A stretch of 61,502 nt of DNA, counting the filler, from Chiloscyllium plagiosum (Eukaryota): NCBI RefSeq assembly GCF_004010195.1. It is 3 parts of one record of this genome, joined end to end, with 100 filler letters (N's around TTAATTAATTAA, not from the genome) between each part and the next. Parts side by side here need not be neighbours in the genome. Positions count along the whole stretch, not along the records: positions 1 to 21,266 come from NC_057713.1; 2 more parts are not named here. One strand, 5' to 3'. Under the pieces are notes generated by a model. It made no database searches, was not told the DNA's origin, and saw nothing but the letters and a program-made list of their open reading frames with translations. Of the stretch, positions 1-13,880 are shown piece after piece. The first letter of the stretch is position 1, and every line of letters starts with the position of its first letter. A program made the translations under genes and the position numbers.

Positions 1-98
1 ATTCTCCTGTTCCCTGGATGCTGCCTGACCTGCTGCGCTTTTCCAGCAACACATCTCCGGCTCTGATCTCCAGCATCTGCAGACCTCACTTTCTCCTC
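1..98 (+). mobile_element. Penelope-like pseudo-LTR tail fragment
   Basis: GGATGCTGCCTGACCTGCTGCGCTTTTCCAGC...CTCCAGCATCTGCAG, the same motif as the 3' end of the Penelope copy at 52710-52770. Confidence 0.7.
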
Positions 99-963
99 AC
101 AGACTTGGAGGGCCAAACGGCCTGTTCCTGGGCTGTAAATTTTCTTTGTTCTTCTTTGTTGTTTGACTACTTCTACTGCATTTCTATTCACAATAATGAT
201 TCAAATCATCCGTCAGTGTTGTAGCTTTGCATTGTTGACTTGTAGCCTCTAGAACCAGAATGTGACTAAACTCATCAACTGAGAGAGACAACTGATATTT
301 TCATCAGTTTTAACTGCATTGGAATGCTGTGCCTCCCTATTACTTGAATTATATTTTTTAACAAAGTAATCTACCTTTAATAGCCAATCATCATCTAATT
401 CATCTAAACTTTAAGGATTTTCTGAAGTCACCAATTGTGAGTGTTACTTCATTGAAATGACAGGCTCGAAAGGCTTTGATCAATGAAACTAAATAATAGT
501 AACCATGTGAGAAACTGTTGTTCATCACACCCTTTCTCACTCTTGGACACTTGATTATGAAGTTCTCGAAAGTCACTTCACTTTCTTACTCTTGAAAGTC
601 ATTCTCTTACACTCCCAATTCCTTTGTTATATCATAATAAGGAACAGCTTATGTAACTCTACCTTGCAACTCTGATGAAGAGGAAGAAAGCAGGATCATC
701 TTTTCCTTGGGCAGTGTCACTGTCCCTTTCTTCCACTCCAAAATTGAGAGTCCTTTGGTGACTAAAAAGTTTAATACCAAATCCACACAATTTGTCACAC
801 GTGGTACAGGTTGTGTTTGAAGTGTCAGGTGGATAGGATACTCAGGTTTTCGGGCATTTTTTTGCCATTTGTACTTGACCAACATCTGGGCCTGTTGGAG
901 TTACTTAACAACAATTGCTTAAAAACAATTAACATCTTTGCAGCTGCTTCTTTTCCAACTTGG

Positions 964-1262
964 TTAGAGACAAAAAAAACTGCAGATGCTGGAATCCAAA
1001 GTAGACAGGCAGGAGGCTGGAAGAACACAGCAAGCCAGGCAGCATCAGGAGGTAGAGAGGTCAACGTTTCCATTTTTCCACCTCATCTTCCGCCTGGGCA
1101 ACCTACAGCCCGGAAGACTCGACATTGAGTTTATCTTTATCTACAGCTCCCCTTACACTCACCCTTGGTCCTGAAGAAGGGTTACATCCAAAACGTCGAC
1201 TTCTCCACCTCCTGATGCTGCCTGGCTTGCTGTGTTCTTCCAACCACCTGCCTGTCTACTTT
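964..1262 (+). mobile_element. Short Penelope-derived inverted-repeat element with 13-bp TSD
   Basis: Arms ~999-1069 and ~1191-1262 are reverse complements. The interior encodes HLIFRLGNLQPGRLDIEF (GIY-YIG C-terminus-like) and has a degenerate hammerhead core CTGAAGA...CAAAACGTCGA at ~1170-1199. TSD TTTTCCAACTTGG at 951-963 and 1263-1275. Confidence 0.8.
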
Positions 1263-1494
1263 TTTTCCAACTTGGGCAGTCTTAGGTAAGAGATTCCCAT
1301 GGCGGTACTGCATTTTTTCAGGGAGGCTGTGAAGACAGCCTTGAAGCCATATATTTTGATAGTTGGGTGACAGTGTTATCCAGAAGGAGCAGGCTGGTTG
1401 TGGTCTGCTGGCACCAAGCAGTAGAGAGAATTATGGCATAGTTAGTGCATTGTCTGTGGGGAGAAGCAGGCTTGATAAATTAAAATACGATATC

Positions 1495-2330
1495 TCTTTT
1501 TTTTTAATCCTTTCATGGGATGTGGTTAAGTTGACTGGATCAACATTTGTTGCCCACTGCTAATTGCTCTTAGAATGCAATAGTGAGCTACGTTGAATTA
1601 TTACAGACTGTCTGGTGCAGATTTGCTGTTAAGAAAGCAGTTCCAAGATTTTACCCAGTGACACTGATGGAGTGGTAATACAGTTCCAAATCAGGATGTT
1701 GTGCGACTTAGAGAGATCTTGCAGTTGTTGGTGTGCTCATGCATCTATTGTACTTGGCCTTCTGGTAGAGGGCCTAGGTCTGGAAGTTGCATTTAAAGGA
1801 GCCTTGGTGAACTGCTGGAGTTTATCTAACATATAATGTATAGTACATCCACTGTGCATCATAGTAGATGGAGTGAACATTTACTTTTTGGATGTAGTGC
1901 CAACAAAGAGATTATTCAACTTCTGCCTAGTAGATGGTGAACAGGTTTTAGGGAGTTGGGAAGTGAGTTACTGTCGTCAGAATTCCCAGTTACTGACATC
2001 AGAATTCCCAGCCACTGACCTGCTGTTTTAGCCACAGTATTTAGATGACTGGTCCAGTTCAGTTTCTGGTCAACGTTAAGCCCCAGAATGTTGAAAATGG
2101 GTTATTCAGTAATGGTAATGCCATTGAATGTCAAGTGGAGATGGTTCGATTCTCCTTTGTTGGAGATTGTTGTTGCTTGGCACTTTTGTGTCTTGAAAAC
2201 TGTTTGCATTTTATGTCCAAACCTGGATATTGTCCCAGTCTTGGCAATTGAACAAGGACATTTTTAGTCACTGAAAAGTCAGGAATAGTACTGACCATTG
2301 TATAGTCATCAGCAATTATGACAGGTCACT
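1495..2330 (-). mobile_element. Degenerate non-LTR retrotransposon 3' part (RT region)
   Basis: Resembles, in reverse complement, the decayed LINE at ~26800-27660; no intact ORF. Confidence 0.45.
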
Positions 2331-3119
2331 TACTGACATCTGTAGCTACCTGGAATGAGATCCGCTGAGTCAGGTGGACCCGCATTGCCTGTGGTCGTTA
2401 AGGTATCTGTCAGTAGAGAGTCACAGTATATCCCTCTTGTCATCCAGGATGTCTGTCTCACCCTCAGGTTGTGCAAGGACAGAAAGCTGAGATTTATTTC
2501 AGTTGAATTATTTGCATTATGTCAATGAATAAGTTGGAGACAGGATGGAGTTTATTCAAACAGACCATTAACTCAGCAAATGGAGTCTATTAACAAAAGA
2601 AGTCTGGCAAATAGTCCCATATCTGAAAGTGTATCATATGCTCCTGATAAAATTATGATTATTTTCCCAGCAATATTCACTGAGCGGAGAATTATACAGA
2701 TTATGTGGGTAGTGTCTGTCCCAGTTATTTAGACCAGTCTCAAAGTTTAATTTTAGTGGGGCCCATCATGCATTGCACATGCCGAGGTTAAGAGCTTCCT
2801 GCAGAAGCTATGTTTCAAGCATTGCACATAGCCTTTACAGTCAGTGACCCATGGCAGTTCCACATATGGTCCTGCAGTAACAGCTGTGATTGAAAATGTA
2901 TCTTTCCCAGCTTTGCGTCACTCAGGAAGTACAGTCATTTATTGTCATTGAGGTTTTAGGTAAAAAGCCAGCACATTTTGGAGAAGAAGAATGAAAATTG
3001 GAGGAGTTTGGGAACACATAAAAATGTATAGCATTCTGTGGTAAGATATCTCTGAGGTTGGGACTTGAGTCAGGAAATGTCTCTAATTCCTTCCTTTTTG
3101 GTTCATTTCTTATCTTCAG

Positions 3120-3365
3120 GCTGAGGATGAAACAGCAAGCAATCATGCAATGATGATTCAACAAGCCTTGGAGCAAGCTTCAGTGGAGCTCGGAGAGGGT
3201 CATCATTTGGTAGAGCAAGTTGTAGTCTCTTCTGATGATGTGGAAGGGATTGAGACAGTGACTGTTTACACTCAGGGCGAAGAAACATCCGAGTTCATTG
3301 TCTATGTGCAGGAGGCTGTGCAAGCAGAAGACCAAACCACAGAGCAGCAAATTGAGGAACTGTAA
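3120..3365 (+). CDS. ZFAT: Last coding exon of zinc finger and AT-hook domain protein ZFAT (C-terminal acidic tail)
   Basis: Polypyrimidine tract plus AG acceptor at 3118-3119, then a phase-0 frame AEDETASNHAMMIQQALEQASVELGEGHHLVEQVVVSSDDVEGIETVTVYTQGEETSEFIVYVQEAVQAEDQTTEQQIEEL* (TAA 3363-3365). The QASVEL..HHLV..VSSDDVEGIETVTVYTQG.E.SEFIVYVQEA motif is recognised from memory as the vertebrate ZFAT C-terminus. Upstream exons are not in the window. Confidence 0.9.
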   Translation, partial: AEDETASNHAMMIQQALEQASVELGEGHHLVEQVVVSSDDVEGIETVTVYTQGEETSEFIVYVQEAVQAEDQTTEQQIEEL

Positions 3366-4402
3366 CTGCTTCCATCATTTTTAACCAGGACTTCAGCTGG
3401 TTTGAACAAGAAGGCTCTAAAGCCCCTGTTTCTATTTTGCATAAATAGTGGCAAGAATATTCGAATCAGTGTAACCTGTTCAGGTCAGACTGGCAGAAAA
3501 TAACCAAACAGGAATTCTCCAGAAAAAAGGGCACTACATTTCCTTCTGTTACTTCATGTCTCTATTTTGTAACTAGCTTTTTCCCGGTCTACACATATCC
3601 TTCCTTGTCTCCCATCTACTCTTGTCCAGTCAGTCAAGCTATTTTCCCAGATCCATGCTTTTGTTTGAATTGATCAGGAACAACAAGATGGCTAAATCAA
3701 GGAATAATGCCACAGAAGCACTCAAAGTAGCCCATACGTTTAGATCCATGTAGTCAGTCATGAAGGTGGAGGAAAGGGCTTAATAATTTTCTATAATACC
3801 ACCTCACATGGACGGGTTGAAGGGAGCAATTGGGAGACAGAAAACCCAGACTGGAGAATCTCAGGGAGCCGACAGCTTTGGACGCCTGACAATAGAGTTT
3901 GGTTTTACTTTCTGATTTTTTTTTGAAAGTAGTTTCTGCCTGACATTATCGTGAAATACAGGTCTACTTGGATTACAGGTAAAAATGAGATTTGTATGAA
4001 GGGTAAGGAAATTTTTAATTTATTTGATCTTGATCTTGACACAGAGCTATATTCAGAGCCTCATATCTCCTGAAAACTGGTCAAGTTATATTGGAATGTC
4101 ATTAGATCAGAGGTGGGAGCATGTTAAACTGATTTTCTTCTGTGCTGTAGGCTGTGAATGAAGTATCAGTGTGACAACCACGTTGAATAAAGCATCGAAG
4201 CAACATGATTTTGTGCAATAATTTCTACTTGATTGTTATTTAAAAAGTAATAGTATAACTGCAAAAAGAAGTATAAAAATGCGGAAAACTTGCAGATGTT
4301 GGAATTCTGAAATAAACCAGGAAATTCTTAGAAGACAGAACAGTATGTGTAACTTTAACAGATGCTGACCTTTAGTGATGAGCATATGATGAACACAATA
4401 AA
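3366..4402 (+). other. Probable ZFAT 3' UTR with candidate polyadenylation signals
   Basis: Mostly non-repetitive sequence after the stop codon; AATAAA at 4186-4191, 4311-4316 and 4397-4402. Confidence 0.55.
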
Positions 4403-4693
4403 AAAGCATTTTTCTCATAGTCATCATTGACATCACTGACTTCGGTTTGGGCTTGAATTTTCACTCTCAGATCAGGAGTGTAGTATTGGAACCATTTCCG
4501 TGATTTGCATTTCCAATCACAGTAAGTGACCCAGAAGTTGGAATCTTAATTCCAGGATAGCTAGATTTTCCGGAAGTTAGGCAAAGTGAACCCAGAACAA
4601 ATATAAGTTACTGGTTGTAGAGGCTAAATGAAATGACTTCCTCATTAATCTAGACCTTTAAAGAAAGTTCATGATTTACAACAAAAAATTACA

Positions 4694-5005
4694 TGGTAGC
4701 ACGGTGGTTAGCACTGCTGCCTCACAGCGCCAGGGACCTGGGTTCAATTTCAGCTTTGTGTGACTGTCTGAGTGGAGTTTGCACGTTCTCCCTGTGTCTG
4801 TGTGGGTTTCCACTGGGTGTTCCTAAATCCTCCCCCAGTTCAAAGATGTACAGGTTAGGAGGATTGCTAAATTGCCCTGTAGTGTCCAGGCATGTGCAAG
4901 CTAGGTGGATTAGCCATAATAAATTTGGAGTTGTGGGGTAGTGGGTCTGAGTGGGAAGCTGTTTGGAAGGTCAGTGCAGACTTGATAGGCCGAATGGATT
5001 GTATG
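4694..5005 (+). mobile_element. HE1-like tRNA-derived V-SINE
   Basis: A box TAGCACGGTGG, B box GGTTCAATTTC (4741-4751), V-domain-like GTGGAGTTTGCACGTTCTCCC..GTGGGTTTCC, LINE-like tail. Confidence 0.85.
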
Positions 5006-5029
5006 ATTCTGGGAGGAACAGATGTAAAA

Positions 5030-6515
5030 TATTTATTAAACAATAAGATGTTGGAAGGTATAGATGCACAAAGGAACCTTGGTGTCCTTATCAATGAGTC
5101 ACTGAAGACTAACATGCAGCTACAGCAAGCTTTTAAGAAACCTTATGAACCTTAGCCTTTATCAAAAGACAATTAATACAGGAGTAGTGAAGCCATAGAA
5201 TCATAGAGACATACAGCACAGAAACAGACCCTTTGGTCCAACTCGTCCATGCTGACCAGATATCCTAAATAGATCTAGTCCTATTTGCCAGCATTTGGGC
5301 CATATGCTTCTAAACCCTTCCTATTCATTACCTATCCAGATGCCTTTTAAATGCTGTAATTGTACCCGTCTCCACCACTTCCTCTAGCAGGTCATTCATA
5401 CACGCACCACCCTCTGCATGAAGAAATGACCCTTTAGGTCCCTTTTAAATCTTTCCCTCTCACCTTAAACCTATACCATCTAGTTTTGGACTTTCCCCAC
5501 CCCAGGTAAAAGCCCTTATCTATTTACCCTATCCATGCCCATTATGATTTTACAAATTTCTATAAGGTCACCTCTCAGCCTCTGATGCTCCAGGGAAAAC
5601 AGGCCCGAGCCTGTTCAGCCTCTTCCTACAGCTTAAACTCTCCAGCCATGGCAATTCCCTTGCAAATCATTTTTGAAACTTTTGAAGTTTCACAACATCC
5701 TTCCTATAGCAGGGAGACCAGAATTGCATGCAGTATTCCAAATCTGGCCAAACCAATGTCATGTACAAATGCAACATGTCCTTCCAACTCCTATATTCAA
5801 TGCAGTGACGAATAGAGGCAAGCATTCAAAACACCTTCTTCACTGTCCTATCTACCTGCAACTTCATTTTCAAAGAACTATGAATCTGCAGTCCAAGGTC
5901 TCTTTGCTCAACAACACTCCCCAGGACCTTACCATTAAGTGTACAAGCTCTCACTGATTTGCCTTTCCAATATGCAGCAGCACACATTTATCTAAATTAA
6001 ACTCCATTTCCCTCTCCCCAGCCCATTGGCCTATCTGATCAAGATCCCGATTCATTAAGTATGGGAGCTTGGTTAGACCACACCTAGAGTACTGTGTGTA
6101 ATTTTAGTCTCCTTACTCCAGGAAAGATATTTTTGCCATAAAGGAAGTGCAATGAAGATTCACCAGACTTGTTCCAGACTTTGTGATTTTAATAAAACCA
6201 ATAAAGTACTTAAAGAAATAGACAGGGTAGATCCAGGTAAGATATTGCCCTGGTTGACAGAGTTGAGAACAATTTATAAATAAGGAGAATGCCATTTAGG
6301 AGCAAAATGAGAATATATTTAACTCAGCATCTTGTGAATCTTTGGCATAATCCAACCCAGAGGGTTGTGGAAGTTAAGTTTAAGGTAGAAGTCGATAGAT
6401 TTCTGATTACCATTGTCACAAATCTTTTTGGAAATAAGTGGGTAAGACATATTGATGTGTTCAATCAGCCATGATTGTAATAAATTGCAAAGCAGGCTTT
6501 ATAGGCATACTCCTT
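5030..6515 (+). mobile_element. CR1/HER1 LINE 3' fragment (+) split by a nested minus-strand CR1 copy
   Basis: RNLGVLINESLK at ~5070-5110 resumes as LVRPHLEYCV at ~6070 after the nested insert. Confidence 0.7.
5197..6052 (-). mobile_element. CR1/HER1 LINE 3' fragment (nested)
   Basis: (CTATGA)-type 3' tail at ~5197-5210 on the minus strand; collinear with the copies at 13475-14560 and 56451-57200. Confidence 0.8.
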
Positions 6516-6559
6516 TTCCTCCTTTGTACACATAGGCCTGAGGTGTAATGTTGAGAAGT

Positions 6560-7245
6560 ATGAGGATTGGCGTTTTGGTAGGAAGAACATGAAGAAACAA
6601 TATAAAGTATGGGGTGCAATACTTAAAGAGGTGCAGGAGCAGAGGGACCTGTATATGTACATAGATAATTATAAGTGGAGTTAATGGGGTATATAGTGTT
6701 ATGGACTTTATTACTAAGGATATAGACAACAAGAAACAAAGATGCGTAACTTAAAACCAGGCACTTGTTAAACCACAGTAGGATTATTGTGTACATTTTG
6801 GGTGCAGCACTGATGGGAGGTTGTGATGACATTAAAAAGAGTTTAGAAGAGATTTACACAACTAGATTCAGGAATGAGAAGCTTCAGTTATGAGGATATA
6901 TTGAAGAGGTTGGGACTGTTCTTGAAAAGTAGATGCTAAGAGGAAATTTGATACAAGTTTTGAAAATCACAAGGATGCTGGTTTGAGTATTTAGGGAGAA
7001 ACTGTTCTTGTCCATAAAAGCATCAAGAATGAGAGGACACAGATTTAAAGTGATTTCCAATATAGGAAATATGTGAGAAAAAGCTTTTTCACATTTTGGT
7101 ATGTGGTAGAGGCAGAGTAACTTCAAGTATCCAAGAGAACGTTGGCTAATTATTTGAATGGAAACAGTCTGCAAAGTATGGAGAAAGGCAGGCAAATGGC
7201 ACTAACTCATAATCCTCACTGAAGAGTCAGTGCAGATACTGTACC
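6560..7245 (+). mobile_element. CR1-like LINE 3' fragment
   Basis: GVQEQRDL..., ..EEVGTVL/LRGNLI-type RT C-terminal remnants; collinear with 39590-40280. Confidence 0.65.
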
Positions 7246-7249
7246 ACAT

Positions 7250-7670
7250 AGAATTGTTACAATGCAGAAAAAGTCCATGAGAAACCCCAGCAAATGCAAA
7301 CTTAGTTTGTCCAATGAACTATTTGCAGAATATTTGTATTCTTCCTTGAATAAGAAGACCAATTCTGTACTCCAGATGAGGTCACACCAATGTCCTGAAT
7401 AACTGAAGAATAACCTGCCCACTTTTGTAGTCAAATCTTCTTGCAATAAATGATAATATTCTGTTAGCTTTCATAATGACTTGTTGTACTTGTATACTAA
7501 CCTTTTGCATTGCATACCCTAGGACACACAGCTATCTCTGTACCTCAGAACACTGTAATTGTTCGATATTTAGAAAATATGCTTCTTATTCATTCTTGCT
7601 GTCAAAATTTCACATTTTACCACAGTATACTCCATTTGCCAGATCTTTGCATAACCTGTCAGATCTTTGC
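7250..7670 (-). mobile_element. CR1-like LINE fragment
   Basis: Minus-strand remnants of the RT C-terminal region (HWCDLIWSTEL ~ LVRPHLEY). Confidence 0.5.
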
Positions 7671-9412
7671 CCTCTCACTTAACCATGGGTGAGATATGAC
7701 TAGCCCCATCTCTGTCATGAAAGTGGTACATGTAGCTTTGTGGTAGCTAGACTTTTGGTTTTTGCCTTCTGTGCTACTGGCTTAATGATGAAGAGGCTGT
7801 CCATCACTGTGAACATCCAGACCATCATATTGGAAAGGTAAAGCTGCCTTAAGTGGAGTGAGATAATGTTTACAGTAAACTGGATAAACCTATTAATGAA
7901 TAAAATGATATCAGATCAATGGGAGATGTTCAAAAAATAATTTAATGTAATGTAGAACTAGTTTTAAACTCAAGAAAACAGGTTCTCCTTGTGCAGAAGA
8001 TAGCCTTGGAGAAATAAATAAGTAAAAGACAACATAAAACTAAAAGCATGCAAGAATGCAAAAATAGCATTATAGACTTACAATAGACCTTGGTGAATGA
8101 GCAAGATGTAAAGAATGACAGTACAGATAGTTAGAGTTGCAAAAAGTATGAAAAGTTTGCAAGGAATATCAAAACCCAAATCAAAAAATATGTATAAGAT
8201 AAAGAGGGTGGTTAGAAGGACTGTGTGGCCCCTTGAAAACCAACAACAATAATATTATCAATTAAAGTAAATAAATGAACATGATGAATAATCAAGCAAG
8301 GAATTTACACAAGTTAATCTCACAGCATGGTTTTCCCTGTCATCCTTGATGAATTTTAATTAATTATTTCATTGCATTATTCACATATTTCTATTGTTTT
8401 TGTATATTTTATTAACTTTCAACAACTATTTATATATCAATACAAACTGCAGGCAAGATATCAAGCTTTGACAGGATGGCCACACAACAATGGAATAGTG
8501 AGGGAGTACAATCCAGTTGTGGCATGCAGCAATGTTGATTTGTGGATCATGAAACAAAGGTATGCAGTCAATGATAACTAGCACCACAGGAAAGTCTGCC
8601 TTTGTAGTAAAGTCATTTCTTGCTGCCAAAAACTGAATTAGAAGTCTCAGTGCAATACTGGGTGGCAAATTGCAAAAAGTTGTAAATATTTTCCAAACTG
8701 AAAAGAGTCAGGTGGATAAAAATGAATTATTATGGCTATCTTCATAGCCATCTGCAATGTGATCCTTACTCTAATCTGAGGTTGTGTTTATGGTTGGACC
8801 TGGTTTCATCTTTCAATGAAATGAATAGCAAGAGGTTTAAATAGGTTTTAAGGAAAAGTTTTCTCACCTGGAGGATGGTGAGGAAATGTCACAACCTTTA
8901 AAAGGTACTCAGATGAGCATTTGAAATGTCATAATCAAAGCCTTGGGCCAACTGGTGAAAAGTCGAATACTGCTTCTGAGAGACTATCTCCAGAAGTGAG
9001 GAGACACAATTCTTAATGGCCATGCTGGTATCTGGCAGTATTTGCCACTTAACATGTGGTAAAGTCTACATTATTCTTGAATGCAATAGCCTTAACTTTC
9101 ACTTTATTGCATCCATATGTCCTGTCTATTGCTGAGGATGTTAACAGTGCTCCATGTGTGTAAGTGATTTCCCTCTCCCTCTCCCTCTCTCTCCTGACAG
9201 CCTTGTAGTTTACTGCCACAGTAATTGTTGGCTATATCAGCCAACTTCTAAAAACACATTTGAAATTACAAGTTAAAATTATCCACAGTGCTTGATCATT
9301 TTGACCTGTGGTCATGAAAGAAATTACAGTAGAAATTGCAAGGGCACTGGCCATAATCTTTAAGCCTTCCTTAGACTCAAGGGAGGTAAGGGAAGAGTGA
9401 ACAAAATACAGA

Positions 9413-9517
9413 CAGTTCTGAAGAAGGATCACTGGACTCAAAACATTAACTCTGCTTTCTCTCCATGGATGCTGCCAGACTCGTTGAATTTCTTCGGCCA
9501 TTTCTGTTCTTGTTTCA
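9413..9517 (+). mobile_element. Penelope pseudo-LTR fragment with degenerate hammerhead core
   Basis: CTGAAGAAGGATCACTGGACTCAAAACATTAAC...GATGCTGCCAGAC; a similar piece lies at ~10620-10720. Confidence 0.6.
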
Positions 9518-10002
9518 CTATGCCATAGTTTCTTTCACACATTTTCAGTAATTGTGATGAGAGTAAAAACATAATTAATCTTTAGCTCTACATTATTGGG
9601 CTTGTGCTGAGACAAACTAGTTTGACTTTTAGAGTGCATTCCTGAATTGATGAATAAGCAATTTATTCATTCCCGATGCTTAGCCAATTTTATGGATAGT
9701 ACCAATTCTTAGTGCATTTTTTTAAAATGACAAATCATTGAGGGAAATCAATTTAAACACAGTGCACTCTGAGCTTAAAATACCACAATCATTTGATTTG
9801 ATCATGTAAAATATTTTCAGGCCAATTTCATCAAAGAGTTAATGAAACTGAGTGGAACTCCAAGCCACGCTGTATTGGTCATTTAAATAAAATTAAAAGT
9901 GTTGGAATACTCAGCAGGTTTAGAAACCTTTGTGAAGAAAGAAATATAGTTAACATTTCAGGTTGATGATCAATCTTTAACTTATCAGCTCAAAGACATG
10001 CA

Positions 10003-11510
10003 GAATCATAGAATATTACTGTACAGAAGGAGATCATTCGACCCATCATGTCTGTACTGGCTCCTGAAAGAGCCACCCAGCTAGTCCGATTCTCCTGCCT
10101 ATCTCCCTAACCCTCTAACTTCATTATTCGCAAATGTATATCCAGCTCTCTTTGAAATCTCTTATGGAATTCACCACTACCACTCTCCCAAGTAGCACAT
10201 TCCTAACAACTATGAGTAAGGAAGACTTTCCTCATCTCAATCCTAGCTTTTTTGCTGCCAATCTTGAAGTTTGGTTCCTAGTTACTAAATACCAACTAGT
10301 GGAAATAGAATATCCTTGTTTATCCTGTCAAAATTATTCATAATTTAAAAGTCTCAGTAAGGTCAGCCCTTAATCTTCTCTGCTCCAAGGAAAGCAAGCT
10401 CAATTTCTTAAACCTTTCCTTGTACCTAAAATCTTTCATTCCTGGTATCATTCTAATAAATCTCCTTTGCCTTCTCTCCAGGACTTTAACATACTTACGT
10501 AAGGTGCCCAAAACTGAACACAAAACTCCCAAATGTGGTCAGACAAGTGATTCGTAGAGGTGTAGCCTCACTTCTTTGCTTGTATACTGTGCCTCTAATT
10601 ATGAACCCATTTATTTATTAAGAAGGGTCACTGGATTCAAAATGTAAACTCTGATTCTCTATGGACAGATGCTGACACGCATACTGACTTTCTTCAGCAA
10701 TTTCTGTTTTTGTTTGTTTCTTTAGATTTACAATTAGCACAGCTCTCTTGACAAATCATCAGACCTAAACATCTCACTCCCCGTACTATTAGACCCTGTT
10801 GTTCCATTTCTTAAAAGAAACCTCAGGAATGGCCCAAACTCATATTTTGGACATAGATACATGCAGTATAGAAGAGGCCCTTTGGTCCTTCAAGTCTATA
10901 TCGCTAAAACTGGACCTAAATCTACACTTAGAGTAACAGATGTATATAACATGAAACAGCCCTTCAGCCCAACTCGTCCATACTGACCAGGTTTCCTAAA
11001 CTGTACTAGCCCCATTTGCCTGCATTTGGCTCATATCCATCCAAATCTTTCTAGTCTCACTTTCCAGTATTACATCACAGCCTTGAATGTTATAAGATGT
11101 CAAGTACTTATCCAAGTAATTTATAAAGTGTGGTTTCCTTCCTCAAATACCCTCCCAGACAGGACTCTCACCACCCTTGGGTGAAAAAAAGTTTCCTCAA
11201 ATCCCCTCTAAACCTCCTACCTTTCACCTTTACAAGTATGTCCCATTGCAACTTTTCAACTAAGGGGAGCATCTACTTTCTATCCTCATCTGTGCCCCTC
11301 AAAATCTTATCCAGGTTTGTCAGGTCTCTCCCAACCTTCTCTGCTTTAATGAAAGCAACTCAAGCTTATCCAGCCTCTCTTCAATGCTGAAATGTCCCAT
11401 CTCAAGCAACATTCTAGTGAATCTCCTCTGCACCCTCTCCAGCACAATCACATCCTTCCTATGGTGCAGTGACCAGAATTGCATATGCTACTCCAAATGC
11501 GGCCTAATTC
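10003..11510 (-). mobile_element. Cluster of CR1-like LINE 3' ends
   Basis: Minus-strand LERRQRRFIRMIPG...LSLEQRRLRADL (10338-10532), plus two further stacked 3' ends at ~10853-11510. Confidence 0.7.
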
Positions 11511-13880
11511 CTACTGTTATACTGTATGGCTCAACAAGAACCAAGGAGGTAACGCACTATCCAGAAACATGTCTGTTGTCCTAACTTATGAATTCCCCTC
11601 TTACTATTGCTCCTCGTGTACAGTCAGGCCATTTGTGGTGCCAGAAAACCTGGCTCAATCTGCACTCCCTTGAGGAGCTAACATCCTCATCAACTTCCCA
11701 ATAGAAAACCTATTTGTGTGCAGTACCCTAGCAGATTCCTGACTGCTACTGTTTAACTAGCTGGTGATCAGAGACCAAGTGCCACCCCATCACACTCAAC
11801 ACCAGGTGAACAGAGAATCTGCTAGGCTGGCACAGGCTTTTTCCATTTCCTATAAATCTAAGCAGCAGTGGCATAAACTATTACGGAGGTTTGAATTGTC
11901 CTTTTAAGGGCCTCAATTGACCCTATGGCAGGTGGGCCATCCAATCCCATTGGGATAAAGTGGTGGAATAGAAGAGTAGATAGGGAGCAGGCAGACAGCC
12001 AGCTGGATAATAAAAACCCTGCCTTTGAAGCTATTATTGGGAAAGAATAACGTTTAGTATTGAGGCTGAATAGTCTGAGGCAGCTCAGACAGCTACTAGG
12101 GATAGGAATGAAACTTGCTAGGGAGCAGAGTTTGTACTGGGGTCCAAAACAATGGCTCAGCTTTCCTAATATTTAATTGGAAGCAATTTGTACTTGTACC
12201 AAATTTCAGACAAGGAGTCTGATAATCAGAGACAATGGAGGAGTTCAGTTGATGTTACTGAGGTAGAGCATGTGAATGTGAAGTGCATGTGAAAACTGAT
12301 GCAGTCCCTTTGAATGATAATACCTTGGAGGTTATGTAGTTGAGAAATAATAGGAGGCCAAGAATAGATCTTTGAGGAATACCAACACTAGAAGAGAAGG
12401 GAAACCATTGCAAGTGATCCACTGATTAAAGATCTTTTACATAATTCTTGGGATACACCTGTGATTGTACGAAGGGCTCTTCTGCACCATATAGCTATAG
12501 GTTAATCAATAATGGGACTTCTATTCCCAGCATTGTGATTTGAAGGTACAGTCTGGGGATAGATTAATTATTTAAGAAGTATTAGAATGCTGCATGTATT
12601 GATTCTGTGACAATGCACAAATGCCATTGATGACATGATGGTCAGCAACTTGCTGCCTGAGTGGATTAGGCAACTATTTCCCTAATTCTTTGAGAATAAA
12701 ATAAAAGATGCAGCACTATTGGGGGAAATAGTTGTATAGTGAAATTGCATTTAAAGTAAATAATAAAGTTATTAAAATCAATCAGAAAAGACTCTTGAAG
12801 CAAACCTTGTTTGATCTTGGAGCTGATACTGGTAAAGTGAGTTCCCAACACTTCAAACTTGCAATTTATAAACTTTAATGGATTGGTAAAAATCAATAGG
12901 AATGTATTCTGAATGCAATCTTTATTTAGAAAAATCTATTAGCTGATGTGGGCCTGAAAACCTCAACTTAGTAGTAACAAATTCTGTTGTTCATCAACTC
13001 AGCCGCTTAGTCTGTGTACCAGATCCAGCACCCTTCCAACATCTTCATCTACTTTATAAAGCTTTGTGCTCTCTCCATCAGACAAGTGAACTTTTTATAT
13101 AGCAATTTTAGATTCAGAGTGAATGTGATAAATGTTAATCAATCAAAGTACCTAATAGATCAAAAGAACAAAAAACTATTAGCATTCCGTTTACATGGTT
13201 GAAATTTTCTACATTAAAGGCCCAGAACCAGAATGCATGGATTCATGAGAACAAGAAATTACACTATTCCTGCAAAATGGCTGATCAACAGCATGAGATA
13301 GAATCAAAACAAAGAGTGGATGTGGCAACATTTGGAAAATTCAAATGTGTAATGGGTAAACATTGAAGTGATGAAATTAGTCAAAGATTAATAGCAAAGG
13401 AATCTTGGAATGATTACTCAATCAATAATTATTGGGTAGTACACAACTCAAACACACATTTGGAACCTGTTTTAGAGTCACAGAGATAGTACAGCACAGA
13501 AATAGACCCTTTGGTTCAATTTGTCCATGCTGACCACTTATCCTAAATTCATCTCGTCCCATTTGCCAGCATTTGGCCTATATCCCTCCTATTCATATAC
13601 TGTACCCACCCAGATGCCTTTTAAATGTCATCATTGTATCAGACTCTTCTGCTGGCAGCTCATTACATATACGTATCACCATCTGCATGAAAATCTTGAT
13701 CCTAAGGTTCCTTTTATGTAATTCCCCTCTCACCTTAAACCTATGTCCTTTAGTTTTGGACTCACCCACCCCTGGGAAAGAGACCTTGGCTGTTCACCCT
13801 ACCCATGCCTCTCATGATTTTATAATCCTCTATAAGGTCACCCCTCAACCTCTGACGCTCCAGGAAAAATAGCTGCAGTC

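Noticed and set aside
1977..2019. Short direct repeats (22-bp period here; also 40853-40932 and 59758-59790)
   Set aside because: Only two copies each, in or next to decayed repeats; local slippage, not an array or CRISPR-like structure.
4694..4760. tRNA-like A/B boxes (also 30842, 55250-55313, 60920-60978)
   Set aside because: These are SINE heads followed by V-domain and LINE-derived tails, not tRNA genes.
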